From: a virus
Taxonomy: Duplodnaviria > Caudoviricetes
Reading direction: 5' to 3' (one strand)
DNA length: 26,840 nt
Virus record (IMG/VR): IMGVR_UViG_3300011439_000041
Span: 1 to 26,840 of that record
Below the pieces are notes generated by a model. The model had not been told where the DNA came from. It searched no databases and worked only from the letters and a program-made list of their open reading frames with translations. Positions 1 to 9,640 of this stretch are shown here, piece by piece. Within the stretch, counting starts at the first letter, position 1. Every line of letters starts with the position of its first letter. Position numbers and translations under genes: made by a program.

Positions 1-385
1 GCTGCAGCGGGTAGCCGTAGACCAGGTGGCCGCGGGCGAAGAGCAGCGCCGCGGCCTCGACCTGGCGCGGCGAGAGTGAGTCGCCGACGAAGCCGGAGAA
101 CTCGATGCTCATCCACTCGCCGTTGCCGTCGCGCTGCGTCCAGGCGGCCGTGTCGGTGTCGACCATCTGGGCGATCTTCCCGTCCGGCACGCCCCACTGG
201 GCGTCACGCGGCCCGGCGACGATGAAATGCGACGAGACGTCCGAGCTCGGGTTCCGCTGCCACGCAATGGTTCCCTCGTAGTAGCCGGCGGCGATGTGCA
301 GCACCATGCCTCGCTGCTCACCCATCCCCGGGCCGTCGTTCTCGGTAGGTCCCCGCCACTGGGCGAGATCAGACCAGCGGGCCAT
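1..385 (-). CDS. Endolysin, N-acetylmuramoyl-L-alanine amidase (Amidase_2-like); 3' end outside window
   Basis: Not in the ORF track. Manual translation from ATG at 385 gives MARWSDLAQWRGPTENDGPGMGEQRGMVLHIAAGYYEGTIAWQRNPSSDVSSHFIV...IAQMVDTDTAAWTQRDGNGEWMSIEFSG, with amidase_2-type VLH, SSHF, AW and SIE motifs. GAAGGGG lies upstream, and the gene follows the tail genes. Confidence 0.85.
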   Translation of the reverse strand, partial: MARWSDLAQWRGPTENDGPGMGEQRGMVLHIAAGYYEGTIAWQRNPSSDVSSHFIVAGPRDAQWGVPDGKIAQMVDTDTAAWTQRDGNGEWMSIEFSGFVGDSLSPRQVEAAALLFARGHLVYGYPLQ

Positions 386-788
386 CGCTCGCCCCTTCCC
401 CGGACACGGGCGCCGCAGTGGCCCCGCGGACCTCGGCCTTGCCCTGCTCGTCGAGCAGGGCGTACGCCGCCCTCACGGCGTCGATGTGTACCCGCCGGGC
501 AATGTCGGCACGGGCCGCGGCGTGGGCGGCGACCCGGGCCCGGTCGACCTTGAGCAGGTCGTCGGCCGTGCCGAGTGTCGCACGGGCCATCAGCGTGTGA
601 TGCGGCTCGCCAAACGTGATCGCGATCGTGGCCCCCGAATCGGGCAGGCCGGTCACCTCGGGCGCGATGCCCAGTGCCACCCGTGCCGCCTGCACTAGGG
701 CCTCCTGCTCGTCGACGCGCTCGGTGCCGAGCGGCCAGACGTGGGCGTCCGCGCCGATCTGGATGATGAGGTACGGGTCAGGACCCAT
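369..788 (-). CDS. Hypothetical protein (139 aa) between tail genes and lysin
   Basis: Overlaps both neighbours by short distances in the operon direction; no motif recognised. Confidence 0.6.
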   Translation of the reverse strand: MGPDPYLIIQIGADAHVWPLGTERVDEQEALVQAARVALGIAPEVTGLPDSGATIAITFGEPHHTLMARATLGTADDLLKVDRARVAAHAAARADIARRVHIDAVRAAYALLDEQGKAEVRGATAAPVSGEGASDGPLV

Positions 789-1332
789 CGAGGCGCTCCC
801 AAATTCCGCCCATGCGCGTGCCGGCCGTCGCGCCTACGCCGGCGAAGGTGTCCAGGTTGGCGCCGCGCTCGTGATACACGATCAGCTCCAGGTAGTCGCC
901 GGCGCTGAAATACCACCGGATCAGCGGCACGACGAACTCGCCGTCACTGGCGGCGGTGGCCGGATAGGCGAACTGCGAACCGGCGATGGCAGTGCCGTTG
1001 ATCTGCCACCAGCCTGCCCGGCGACCGGTGGCGTTCGCTGTCCATGCCACGATCCCGCCGAACGAATAGACACCCGGATACTGGCAGGTCCACCGGCTCG
1101 TGTTGACCGAGTTCGAGTGCCCGCCCGTGCCGGCCGGGTCGGTGTCGTAGTCCTCGGTGGTGAACGTCGCGACGGTACCGGTCGAGGTGGCGATGGTCTG
1201 CCCGACGGTCTGACGCAACTCGAAGAATGGCCGGCGCTGCAGGAAGATCAGGACGTCGCGCACGTATGTGTCCATCTCCGATGAGGTGGCGGGTCCGCCC
1301 TCGAAGTTGTGCGTCTGCGGAACATCCGGCAC
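778..1332 (-). CDS. Minor tail / receptor-binding-like protein (beta-rich, C1q/TNF-like pattern)
   Basis: Last tail gene. N-terminal MDTYVRDVLIFLQRRP and the NTSRWTCQYPGVY...YFSAGDYLEL pattern resemble actinophage distal tail proteins. Ends ...LDGS. Confidence 0.7.
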   Translation of the reverse strand: MPDVPQTHNFEGGPATSSEMDTYVRDVLIFLQRRPFFELRQTVGQTIATSTGTVATFTTEDYDTDPAGTGGHSNSVNTSRWTCQYPGVYSFGGIVAWTANATGRRAGWWQINGTAIAGSQFAYPATAASDGEFVVPLIRWYFSAGDYLELIVYHERGANLDTFAGVGATAGTRMGGIWERLDGS

Positions 1333-1342
1333 GGCTCACTCC

Positions 1343-1954
1343 TCAGAACGGTCGCAGGTCGGTGCCGTCCCAAGACGACGAATCCCAGCGGAACCACGGC
1401 CCCGGCGTGGCGGGCACGACGCCGATCACGGCAGACGTCTGCCAGGTCACCCAGCGCTGGGCGACGCCCAGCACGTGACGGATGCCCTCGACCACGAACG
1501 AGGCGGCGCCCGGGGGTGTGCCCGCGGGCGGGTCGACGATGACCGCCCGCTGACCGAGGTCGACGCCGAGGATCGTCGCGATCGCCTCGTCGCTGAGCCC
1601 GTGCAGAGCGAACGTCAGCGTCGGTTGCCGCGGGCGTGGCGTCGACTGGTACTCGACGAGGTGCGTCGCGAGGTTGGCCGGGTCGGCGTCGCAGGCCGTG
1701 TTAAGGGTGATGGACGCGGTGTTGGCGCCGAAGCGACGCAACGTCGTCGCGTCGGCGGCCGCGTAGGCGGTGACGCCGCCGAACTGGGTGATCTGTGCCC
1801 GGGTGATCGCGACCGTGGGCTTGCGGGTCAGCGGGCTTTGTATCCAGCAGTGCTCGATCTGCACCGGCGCCGGCGCGACGCCGCCGACCGGAATGGACGC
1901 GAGCCGCGTGCGCCGGCGTAGCCGGTGGTGCTCGAGGCGGCGGGAGCGGGGCAT
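1343..1954 (-). CDS. Minor tail protein (resembles the C-terminal half of a baseplate hub protein)
   Basis: Position in the tail module; FVVEGIRH...WVTWQTS and a terminal FRWDSSSWDG motif of the kind seen in actinophage tail proteins. Confidence 0.65.
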   Translation of the reverse strand: MPRSRRLEHHRLRRRTRLASIPVGGVAPAPVQIEHCWIQSPLTRKPTVAITRAQITQFGGVTAYAAADATTLRRFGANTASITLNTACDADPANLATHLVEYQSTPRPRQPTLTFALHGLSDEAIATILGVDLGQRAVIVDPPAGTPPGAASFVVEGIRHVLGVAQRWVTWQTSAVIGVVPATPGPWFRWDSSSWDGTDLRPF

Positions 1955-1955
1955 G

Positions 1956-2528
1956 TCAGTTCAGCGACTCGAGCGCGTAGTCCTCGCACAGCAGAGTGTT
2001 GGAAGCGTTGTTGACCGACCACGTCGCGAACAGATCGACAACGTTCGCGACCGTGCTGTCGAACCCGGTACCGACCACCGGCGCGGACGCCTGCCACGAG
2101 TGGGTGCCAATGCCGCCCGCCGCAGGTAGCGGGGACCCGATCACCGCCTCCGATGACCACCTGCCCATCGCCATGAAGTTGGTCGACGTCGACGCGCCAA
2201 TCGCACGCGCCGTGAGAATCAGATCAAGTGTCCAGGACACGTTTGTCTTCGCGACGATGTTGAGCGCGAACGCCTGCGACGCTGCCGCGACGATCGCCGA
2301 CGTCGGCCCCATGCGCACGGCCAGGGTCAGCGTGCCCGGGGTCGTGACCACGGTCGAGATGCGCCCGGCGGCGGTGATGCGGAACTTTTTGCCGACAACG
2401 TCGATGAAGTTGGCCGGCATCGTGAACTTGGCCTGACCCGGCAGGAGCGAGAGCGGCGTCGTGTTGGTTACCGCGCTGCCGGCGACCTGTGAGCCGATGA
2501 GCAGTTGCGGATAGGTCTCGGAAGGCAC
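1956..2528 (-). CDS. Putative virion protein, beta-strand rich (190 aa)
   Basis: Clean ORF with Thr/Val/Ala-rich alternating pattern; abuts both neighbours in the tail module. Confidence 0.7.
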   Translation of the reverse strand: MPSETYPQLLIGSQVAGSAVTNTTPLSLLPGQAKFTMPANFIDVVGKKFRITAAGRISTVVTTPGTLTLAVRMGPTSAIVAAASQAFALNIVAKTNVSWTLDLILTARAIGASTSTNFMAMGRWSSEAVIGSPLPAAGGIGTHSWQASAPVVGTGFDSTVANVVDLFATWSVNNASNTLLCEDYALESLN

Positions 2529-2537
2529 GGGCGTCTC

Positions 2538-4007
2538 CTAGATGTTGTAGAGGGTCCGACGATCTTTGAATACGAGGTTGCCGCTGCCGTCCACATAGAG
2601 CAGCCCTTGCTCGGTCGTCTCGGCCTCGCGCATCGGCTGCAGTGCGGTCTTGCCGGCGAGCAGCAGCGGGCTCATCGCGGCGACGCCCGGGTCGACACGC
2701 AGCAGCTCGGTCTCGGGGATGCCGGCGAAGCGGGCGATCGTCAGCATTTGGTCGTTGGTGGTTTGTTGGTCGTAGTCGAGCAGCGCGACCCGGCGCTGCG
2801 CGGCGAGCTCGGCGGCGGTCAGGGTGAGGTCGGTGTCGTCCGGGTCGTCGCCGTAGATCTGCACGTGCGCGACGGAACCCTGATACTTGCCGCCGATCGT
2901 GATGCCCATGACCGACTGGTCAAGGCCAGACCCGGCCGCGCCGCTGGTGAACTCGACGCCGTCGACCCACAGCACCATGCGCGCGGAGCCGCCGCCAAGC
3001 GATATGACATAGGCGGCGAGCATCGTCCACCGGTCGGTGGGCAACACGATCGTACTGGTCAGCGTGCCCGTGATAGAGCCGTCGACTGCCAGCTCGATCA
3101 GCCCGGTCGTGGCGAGGCGCTTGATCGTCCACGTGGCCAGGTCGAAGGGAAACATCGCGATGTCAACCGTGAGCAGCGTCACGGTTTCGTTGTAGGGCAT
3201 CTGAGGGTTGACCCACATCACAACGGTCCCTATGCCATCGACGTTGAGCGAGCCCGGCGGGTCCGGACCGACGACGCCGCCAAGAAAATTCTGCTCGCCG
3301 GCAGTCAGGACCGGGTAGTCGGCCGACAAGGCGCCGTTGGCGCCCAGGCGCAGGTATGGCGCACTGAGGTCGTCGCCCGGCAGGTGTCCGCCGTCGCCGG
3401 GCAGCACCGCCGGATGCGTCTCGGCCGACCGGACCGCCGCGGGCAGCGCCTGGGCCAACAGCGGGAAGCTCAACGATCCGACGACCGGGGCGAACGGCGC
3501 AGCGGAGCCGCCGAGCGGCCAGTAGTAGGCCAACGGCGCCGCCGTGTTGGCGTTCTGGATGAAGGCGGCCAGGGTGGAGACGAACTGCGGTGCGCTGGCC
3601 AGGCGGCCTAACCGGTCGATCGCGCTGATGTGCACGCGCCGCTGCGCGAGCCCGGTCTCGACGTCGGTGACGACCAGCTCGGTCGGGGTCTGCAGGTAGC
3701 CCGTGTACCGGTCCGCCGTCACCTCGGCGAACGTCTCGCGCAGGCGGCACTTGCGGCCCGGCCCCCACCACGCGGCGTACGTCGAGTCCGGGTTGCCGTA
3801 CGTGACCTCGTTGTCGTCGTTGCCGAGGACCATCACGAACGGAGCCGGCTCGGCCTCGTCGAGGTCGTTCTGCCGGCCAGACGCGGTCTCCATCGGCTGG
3901 TCGTCGTCGTTGCGTACCCGATCGGTGAAGTCCACCCACACGGGTGTCTGCGCGTCGGGGTCGGCCGACGAGATCTCCAGGGTGTAGCGGTCCGCCCAGT
4001 CGGTCAC
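2538..4007 (-). CDS. Minor tail protein with LamG/ConA-like domain
   Basis: Directly follows tape measure (GTGA overlap). PLAYYWPL and LWVDG...GSVAHVQIY resemble a LamG-like fold; EQGLLYVDGSGNLVFKDR is a hub-like motif. Confidence 0.75.
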   Translation of the reverse strand: MTDWADRYTLEISSADPDAQTPVWVDFTDRVRNDDDQPMETASGRQNDLDEAEPAPFVMVLGNDDNEVTYGNPDSTYAAWWGPGRKCRLRETFAEVTADRYTGYLQTPTELVVTDVETGLAQRRVHISAIDRLGRLASAPQFVSTLAAFIQNANTAAPLAYYWPLGGSAAPFAPVVGSLSFPLLAQALPAAVRSAETHPAVLPGDGGHLPGDDLSAPYLRLGANGALSADYPVLTAGEQNFLGGVVGPDPPGSLNVDGIGTVVMWVNPQMPYNETVTLLTVDIAMFPFDLATWTIKRLATTGLIELAVDGSITGTLTSTIVLPTDRWTMLAAYVISLGGGSARMVLWVDGVEFTSGAAGSGLDQSVMGITIGGKYQGSVAHVQIYGDDPDDTDLTLTAAELAAQRRVALLDYDQQTTNDQMLTIARFAGIPETELLRVDPGVAAMSPLLLAGKTALQPMREAETTEQGLLYVDGSGNLVFKDRRTLYNI

Positions 4008-6655
4008 GGGAAGGCATCCCTGATCGCCTGAGACGCGACGTTTCGGTTCGTGGCGTCAGCGATCATCGCCTTGCGCGTCACGGCGCCCGTCTGCGGGTCG
4101 ATCAGCTGCACATGGACATTGACGACCTCGCCGCCCGCACCAGCGCCGCCACCGTAATGCCCACCGCCCGGCACGACCCGCGCCCCGTACCAGCCGGCGG
4201 CGTGCGACAGGATGCCCATGCTGCGGCCGTAGTCGCCGCTGCGCGGCACGAACGCCTCGCCCCGGGTGGCGGGCTCGGCGAAGGCGTACAGGGGCGATGA
4301 GCCGGCCGGAAACACCTCGGCGTCACGCAGCAGACCGGCCTGCGCGTACTCGGTGACGCCACCCCAGCGACGCAGGTTCACCGCGCGGGCGTTCTCGCGG
4401 ATCGTCTCCGAGATCGTGGCCCGGGTGACGAGCTCCAGGACGACCCGCTTTGACGGCGGCAGCCGGTACAGCGCGTCGTTGAACTCCTTGACCCGGTCCC
4501 GCGCGCCGCCCGCCGCCACAGCGGCATCCTCATTCGCCTTGCGGAAGTCGTCGAGGATCTGCTTGGCGCCCTCGGCGCTGCCGCCGTTGGTGAGGTAGGC
4601 GTCGGCCGCCTCGTACGCCTGCAGCGCGGCGTCGCGCATGGCGATACGGCTGTTGAGCGCGGCCTCGGTGTTGCCCTCGAGGGCGCCCTTGCTGTCTTTG
4701 AAAGCCTCCTCGATCGCCTCGGCCGCTTCGACCGCGTCGAGCATCTCCTCGTCGGCCGACTTCGCGGCGCCGTTGAGTCCGGCCCACACTTCGGCGAGTT
4801 TCTGCCCGGCGTCGACGGCGGTGAGCTGCTCCCGCGCCAGATTCTCCGTGCTGTTGGCAAGCCTCTGCGACGCCTGGGTCGCCTCGAGGTTGGCGGCGAT
4901 GTACGCCGGGAACTTCGCCTGCAGTTGCTCGAGGCTGACGTCCAACGTCTGCGCCTCGGCCCACATGCGTTTGAACGCGGCGGCGGCCTCATCCTGGCCG
5001 CCGCTGCGCACGAGCTGGGCAAGCCCGGCGTCGTATGCCGCCACCTTCTCGGCGTTCTCATTGCTCGGGCCGGCGTCGCCGAGTACGAGGTCGGCCATAG
5101 CAACGCCGAACTTACTGAGTAGATTGTTGTTCTCGGCGAGCGCCCGACCGAGGTCGCCAGCGTCGGACCCGATTATGCGCAGCGCCTCGCCGTCCAGCTT
5201 GCCCGTGCTGCCGAAGACCGCGAGGTCCTTGGCGAGTCGCTCGATCTCCGGGTTGAGGTCCTTGTGCAACACCGAGCCGAGAATCACGCTCGCGGTCGCG
5301 AGCGCACCCACGGCGAGCGCGCCACGGGTGGCCCACATTGTTGCCGACTGGATACCGCGCGCCGCACGGGCGCCACCGGGACCGACCGCGCTCAGCTCGG
5401 TCACGACGTCGCTGATGGTGCCGCGCATCTTCAGCCAGCCAGCGGCGGCGAGCAGCGACACCCCGCCGGTACCTGCGAGGATCACCAACGCCTGCTGTAG
5501 CGGCCCGGGCAGGTTCCCCAACGCGTTGACCAGCCCGGTCGCGCCCTGCGTCAGGACACGCAGTCCACTACTGGCACCACCGGACGCGCCAATGAACAGT
5601 GTCTCGAGCGACCCTGTGAGCTCCTCAATGTCGCCGGCGAGGTTGTCGAGCTTCTTGGCGGCGACATCGGACGCGGCGCCCTCGTCGTCGACGGCGGCGA
5701 TGTAGGCGCGGATGCCCTGCTCGCCCTCCTGATACAGGACGTTGCCGGCGCGGATCGCGTCCGACCCGAAGATGGTCTGAAGTGCGGCGTTGCGCTGGGC
5801 CGGCGAGAGATCCTTCAGCGCGTTCTGCAGTTGCCCGGCAACCGTGGCGACGTCGACCATGTTTCCGGCCGCGTCGTACATGGAGATGCCGAGCGAGTCC
5901 ATCTGCTTCTTCGCCTCGGTCTGCGGGGCGGATAGCCGCTGCAGTGCCGTCTTGAGCGACGTGCCGGCGTCGGAGCCACGCAGCCCGCGGTCGGCTAGCG
6001 CGGAGAGCACACCGACGGTGTCCTCGAGCGTCAGGTTGTTCTGCGCGGCGACGAGGCCGACCTGCTGCAGGCCCAGCCCCAAATCCTGCACGGACGCCGC
6101 GCTCTTGTTCGAGGCGGCGGCGAGGACGTCGGCGACGTGCGCGACGTCGGAGCCCTTCAGGCCGAAAGTGTTCATCGCGGATGCGGCGATCGTTGCCGAG
6201 TCGGCGAGGCCGAGCGACCCGGCCGAGGCCAGGTCGAGCGACCCGGACAGCGCCCCAGCAAGAATGTCGGCGGTCGAGATGCCGGCCTTCGCCAGCTCGG
6301 CCTCTGCCTGCGCCGCCTCGGTCGCGCTGAACACGGTCGCCTCGCCAGCGTCGAGCGCGGCCTGACGCAGGCGGTCCATCTCGTCAGCCGCGGCGCCGCT
6401 GACGGCGCCGACCTCCGACATCTGCTTGTCGAACCGGGCGCCCGCCACCACGGCGATACCCGCCGCCGCGAGCAGTGCCGCGCCGGCGCCGGCCGCAGCG
6501 AGGGCGACCTTGTCGAGGTCGGCCTGCGACTTCTTGCCGGCCTTAGTGATCTTCTCGCCGAGTTCGTCAGTTGCCTTGCCGGCCTCGCGGGCCTCCTGCT
6601 TGTAGTCGCCGACGAGCAGGCGGAGCCGGACGCCGATGGTACGCATGTTGGCCAC
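4004..6655 (-). CDS. Tail tape measure protein (TP901-family core)
   Basis: 883 aa, Ala/Gly-rich. FDKQMSEVGAV, TVFSATEAAQA, LRGSDAGTSLKT and IFGSDAIRA match the TP901 core; follows the tail chaperones. Confidence 0.95.
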   Translation of the reverse strand: MANMRTIGVRLRLLVGDYKQEAREAGKATDELGEKITKAGKKSQADLDKVALAAAGAGAALLAAAGIAVVAGARFDKQMSEVGAVSGAAADEMDRLRQAALDAGEATVFSATEAAQAEAELAKAGISTADILAGALSGSLDLASAGSLGLADSATIAASAMNTFGLKGSDVAHVADVLAAASNKSAASVQDLGLGLQQVGLVAAQNNLTLEDTVGVLSALADRGLRGSDAGTSLKTALQRLSAPQTEAKKQMDSLGISMYDAAGNMVDVATVAGQLQNALKDLSPAQRNAALQTIFGSDAIRAGNVLYQEGEQGIRAYIAAVDDEGAASDVAAKKLDNLAGDIEELTGSLETLFIGASGGASSGLRVLTQGATGLVNALGNLPGPLQQALVILAGTGGVSLLAAAGWLKMRGTISDVVTELSAVGPGGARAARGIQSATMWATRGALAVGALATASVILGSVLHKDLNPEIERLAKDLAVFGSTGKLDGEALRIIGSDAGDLGRALAENNNLLSKFGVAMADLVLGDAGPSNENAEKVAAYDAGLAQLVRSGGQDEAAAAFKRMWAEAQTLDVSLEQLQAKFPAYIAANLEATQASQRLANSTENLAREQLTAVDAGQKLAEVWAGLNGAAKSADEEMLDAVEAAEAIEEAFKDSKGALEGNTEAALNSRIAMRDAALQAYEAADAYLTNGGSAEGAKQILDDFRKANEDAAVAAGGARDRVKEFNDALYRLPPSKRVVLELVTRATISETIRENARAVNLRRWGGVTEYAQAGLLRDAEVFPAGSSPLYAFAEPATRGEAFVPRSGDYGRSMGILSHAAGWYGARVVPGGGHYGGGAGAGGEVVNVHVQLIDPQTGAVTRKAMIADATNRNVASQAIRDAFP

Positions 6656-6658
6656 GAC

Positions 6659-7102
6659 TCACCCCCGCCCCTTCAGTTTCGGTCTCTTCTTGCGTTGCGG
6701 GCGTGGCCGTTTCGTGACGTGGTGGATCATCGCGCCGCGTTGCGGATGCTTGGCGGCGTTGTGTTCAGACGCCTGCAGTGCGGCGCAGCGCAGGCACACG
6801 ATCGGCGGCTGCGGCAACCATCGCCAGTTGTAGTCGGTGGTTTCGCCGAGGTCGCCGTGGCAGCGCTGACACTCGCCGGCCTCACGCATGGCCAGGCCGA
6901 GCATCCACGCCCTGCTGTCGGCGTCCCATTCGGGCTCGCGCGTGACGATCGTGTAACCGGTGAGCGTGCCGTCCGGGTCGTAGTGGTCATGGCGTTCGTC
7001 GGGTTCCCAGCCGTCGAAGCGCCGCGGCGAGATGCCGAGTGTGCGGGCTGTCTCTACGCGGCGTCGGAGGTCGGCGTCTCCGAACGCGCCGGCCGCAAAG
7101 GG
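6659..7102 (-). CDS. Tail assembly chaperone extension (lambda T-like), reached by -1 frameshift
   Basis: The -1 frame is open from the slippery site at 7102 to the stop at 6659: PFAAGAFGDADLRRRVETARTLGISPRRFDGWEP...REPEWD...CQRC...CLRC. It contains track ORF 6659..6904. Confidence 0.8.
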   Translation of the reverse strand, partial: PFAAGAFGDADLRRRVETARTLGISPRRFDGWEPDERHDHYDPDGTLTGYTIVTREPEWDADSRAWMLGLAMREAGECQRCHGDLGETTDYNWRWLPQPPIVCLRCAALQASEHNAAKHPQRGAMIHHVTKRPRPQRKKRPKLKGRG

Positions 7103-7686
7103 ACGGCATCATCCCCGCGGCACGTGTTGAGCGAGGCCAGGAAGAGCACGTCACGCTGCCAGTCGGAAACGAACCGAAGCAGCCAGTCGATCTGGCCCTC
7201 CTCGACGACCTCGCCCGTCTCGGGGTCGAGGACCGGTGGCGCGAGCGGGTGTACCGCCTCGCTCTCGCCTCGGTAGCCGATGGCGCAGGCGCGGATCAGC
7301 GGATCGCGGCCAGCCTCGGTGTCGAACCGCCAGCGCTTGTCTGCCTCGTTACCCTCGCGGGCCGGATAGAGAGCACGGAAGGCGGTGTAGTCGATGCCGC
7401 TCAGACCCTCCATGACGACCTGCAGCGTCGACGCCTCGGCCGTCGCGTACAGCGCATCAAGCTCGGCGTCGATCGCGGCGATCCGGACGAATCCTGGCGG
7501 CCGCGAACTGAGCCGCCTGTTGCCCTTCGGCTTCTCGGCCTCGGCCTCAGCCGCGGCCTGAATCTCGTCGCGTTCGGCGAGCAACTCCTGGATCTGCTGG
7601 CGCAGATCGCCGTCGCAGACGATCGGAACCGTGCGCCGCGGACGGGTCGCACGGTTCCGGATCGCCTCAAATTCCTCCGGGGTCAT
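7054..7686 (-). CDS. Tail assembly chaperone (lambda G-like)
   Basis: Lies between tail tube and tape measure. The likely start is ATG 7686 (ATGA overlap with the tail tube stop), not 7710. Confidence 0.85.
   Translation of the reverse strand: MTPEEFEAIRNRATRPRRTVPIVCDGDLRQQIQELLAERDEIQAAAEAEAEKPKGNRRLSSRPPGFVRIAAIDAELDALYATAEASTLQVVMEGLSGIDYTAFRALYPAREGNEADKRWRFDTEAGRDPLIRACAIGYRGESEAVHPLAPPVLDPETGEVVEEGQIDWLLRFVSDWQRDVLFLASLNTCRGDDAVPLRPARSETPTSDAA
7096..7102 (-). other. Programmed -1 ribosomal frameshift heptamer C CCT TTG
   Basis: XXXYYYZ heptamer in the correct phase near the end of the chaperone ORF; the -1 frame joins the downstream ORF. Confidence 0.8.
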
Positions 7687-8195
7687 GAAGCGATGACCGG
7701 CACGCGCCACGACCGGCCCGGCGGGCGGAGGTAGGCGTTCTGCATGACCGTGAGCGGGGTGTTCGCGGTGGGCACGCCGTCCTGCTGGGCGCCGAGCGTC
7801 GACGGGTAGATGGTGACGATGTCACCAACGGCGAGCGCCTGCTCGAACGGGACGCCGCGACGGTCGACGAAGTAGCCGAGCGCGCCCTCGAGCAGGGTGA
7901 GCGCGGCCTCGTCCTCGTCGGGGTCGTCCGGGTTGCTGACGTAGATCAGCGGCATCGTGTACTTTTTGCGGCCGGGCTTCTCGAAGTTGTCGCGGGAGCA
8001 CAGCCGGTTGTCGGTGGCGGCGTCCTCGGCGAGGTTGGGCTGCCAGCCCTGGTCGGTGAGGTAGCAGGTGACGTCTAGGGCGGCGGGGTTCTGCAGCTCG
8101 TCGAGCTGCGGGGCGTCCGGGTCCGACAGTGCCGGCACCCAGAGCACCAGCACATTGCCGTCACTGATGACGGACTCAGGCATGGGCGAGGTCAA
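7683..8195 (-). CDS. Major tail (tube) protein
   Basis: 170 aa with DGNVLVLWVPAL, LDVTCYLT, DNRLCS and GYFVDRRG, typical of actinophage tail tube proteins. TTG start with GGAG upstream. Ends ...VIAS. Confidence 0.85.
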   Translation of the reverse strand: MTSPMPESVISDGNVLVLWVPALSDPDAPQLDELQNPAALDVTCYLTDQGWQPNLAEDAATDNRLCSRDNFEKPGRKKYTMPLIYVSNPDDPDEDEAALTLLEGALGYFVDRRGVPFEQALAVGDIVTIYPSTLGAQQDGVPTANTPLTVMQNAYLRPPGRSWRVPVIAS

Positions 8196-8425
8196 TGTGA
8201 TCTCCTGGTTCTCTGCTCGGTCGGCTGGCCGAGCCTGGTTTGTGGGACCGCCCGCCGACCGGCGAGGTCGACGAAACGCTTAGCTGGCCGCGCGGTGCGG
8301 GCGCGGCGACGGCGACCGGGAACCTCGCGGACGGCACCGATCGCCTCGAGGTGGTCGAGGCGATCGAGGGGTATGTCGTAGCGGTGGCCGGTAGTCAGAT
8401 CGGCCACCCAGCACCAGACGATCAC
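8192..8425 (-). CDS. Small hypothetical protein (77 aa)
   Basis: 4-nt overlaps with both flanking genes indicate translational coupling. Confidence 0.7.
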   Translation of the reverse strand: MIVWCWVADLTTGHRYDIPLDRLDHLEAIGAVREVPGRRRRARTARPAKRFVDLAGRRAVPQTRLGQPTEQRTRRSH

Positions 8426-8859
8426 GAGCCGTCGCGGCCCGCGTCGGACTCGAGCCGGTAGGTGTCGGTGATCGTGACCGTCGTCGCTCCGGTGGCTTCG
8501 TTGTCGCGCGGGTCGCTGCCGACCTCCGACCGGATCGGGTAGCAGACCCGGCCGTCGATGACCGGCTTGACGTCGAGCAGTGCCCCGCTGGCGAGGTCGC
8601 TGACGGCCCGGGCGGCGAGGTCGTCCTGCCCTACGCAGTGGCAGTAGATCCGCATTCGCATGCGGGTCGAGCGGTGGGCGAGCCGGCCGCCGAGCGACTT
8701 GTCGGCGACCATGTGCACCGACAGGTAGTTTGGCGGCGCATTGGCGGGTACGGTCGTGGGTCCGCCATCCTCGGCCGGGTAGACGGTCAGGTCCGGTGTC
8801 GCGTACAGCAGCGCCATCACGGCGTCGGCGTGGTCCTGAAAGTTGCCGTAGTCGCCCAT
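8422..8859 (-). CDS. Tail terminator / completion protein
   Basis: Size and position before the tail tube; ends ...RDGS. Confidence 0.7.
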   Translation of the reverse strand: MGDYGNFQDHADAVMALLYATPDLTVYPAEDGGPTTVPANAPPNYLSVHMVADKSLGGRLAHRSTRMRMRIYCHCVGQDDLAARAVSDLASGALLDVKPVIDGRVCYPIRSEVGSDPRDNEATGATTVTITDTYRLESDAGRDGS

Positions 8860-9242
8860 CAGTAGCGCTCCATCAGGCGGGCGGCGAGCGCCTCGGCCGC
8901 CGCGTAGAAACGCGGCGCCTCTTCGTCGAGGGCCGGCTCGTGGTGCGGGTGCGGCGGGTTGTTGGGCGAGCCGTACTCGAGCAGGTTGCCCAGCCCGCGC
9001 TGACGGCGACCCTGCACCGGGCCGACCTCGCCGATGATGTCGTCGGCCTCGCCGAGGATGTCGTAACTGATCGAAGCCGGGTAGTGCCTCGCATGGCCGC
9101 CGGACGGGGCTAGTTCGCGGGCGCGGGTCTTGATGTTCAGCGACCCCTTGGCGACGATCTGCCGGCCCTCGGTCGCGGCGTCGCCTGCGGCCGCCCGCAG
9201 AAGGTCGGCGAAGGCGGTCAGTTCCGAGACGTCGGCGGTCAT
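8859..9242 (-). CDS. HK97 gp10-like neck/tail completion protein
   Basis: YPASISYD, EVGP, LGNLLEYGS and HEPALDEE motifs; position in the head-tail block. Confidence 0.8.
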   Translation of the reverse strand: MTADVSELTAFADLLRAAAGDAATEGRQIVAKGSLNIKTRARELAPSGGHARHYPASISYDILGEADDIIGEVGPVQGRRQRGLGNLLEYGSPNNPPHPHHEPALDEEAPRFYAAAEALAARLMERY

Positions 9243-9640
9243 GAGGTGATCTCCTCTATGCCGATGCGCCGGGCGGTGGCCTCGCTCTTTGCCGACTGGT
9301 CGCGCACGCGCATCGCGACGCCGACGAGGTCGGGATCATTGACGGCCGAGTCGATGACGACCTCGTCGCCGGCCCGTACGCCACCGCTCGTCACGACGGG
9401 CAGTTGCAGGATGCGGTACCGGGCGAGTTGGGTCTGGTCGGGGGCGGGCGACGTCTCGCGGGCGAAGCCGAACAGTTCCTGTACCCGGCACGGCCCGCTG
9501 TAGATGGTCGTCGTCGTCTCGCTCGGTGCGCCCGTGCGTCGGTCGGTACTGGTGCCCGTGACGCGGGTGATCGTGCAAGCGTCGCTCATGCCCGCCTCGG
9601 CGGCGGCGCGGCCCAGCGCGAGTACCGACTCGCGGCTCAC
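9239..9640 (-). CDS. Head closure / stopper protein (DUF6093-like)
   Basis: GRAAAEAGMSDACTITR, IYSGPCRVQ, LQLPV and TARR pattern; ends ...EITS. Confidence 0.8.
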   Translation of the reverse strand: MSRESVLALGRAAAEAGMSDACTITRVTGTSTDRRTGAPSETTTTIYSGPCRVQELFGFARETSPAPDQTQLARYRILQLPVVTSGGVRAGDEVVIDSAVNDPDLVGVAMRVRDQSAKSEATARRIGIEEITS

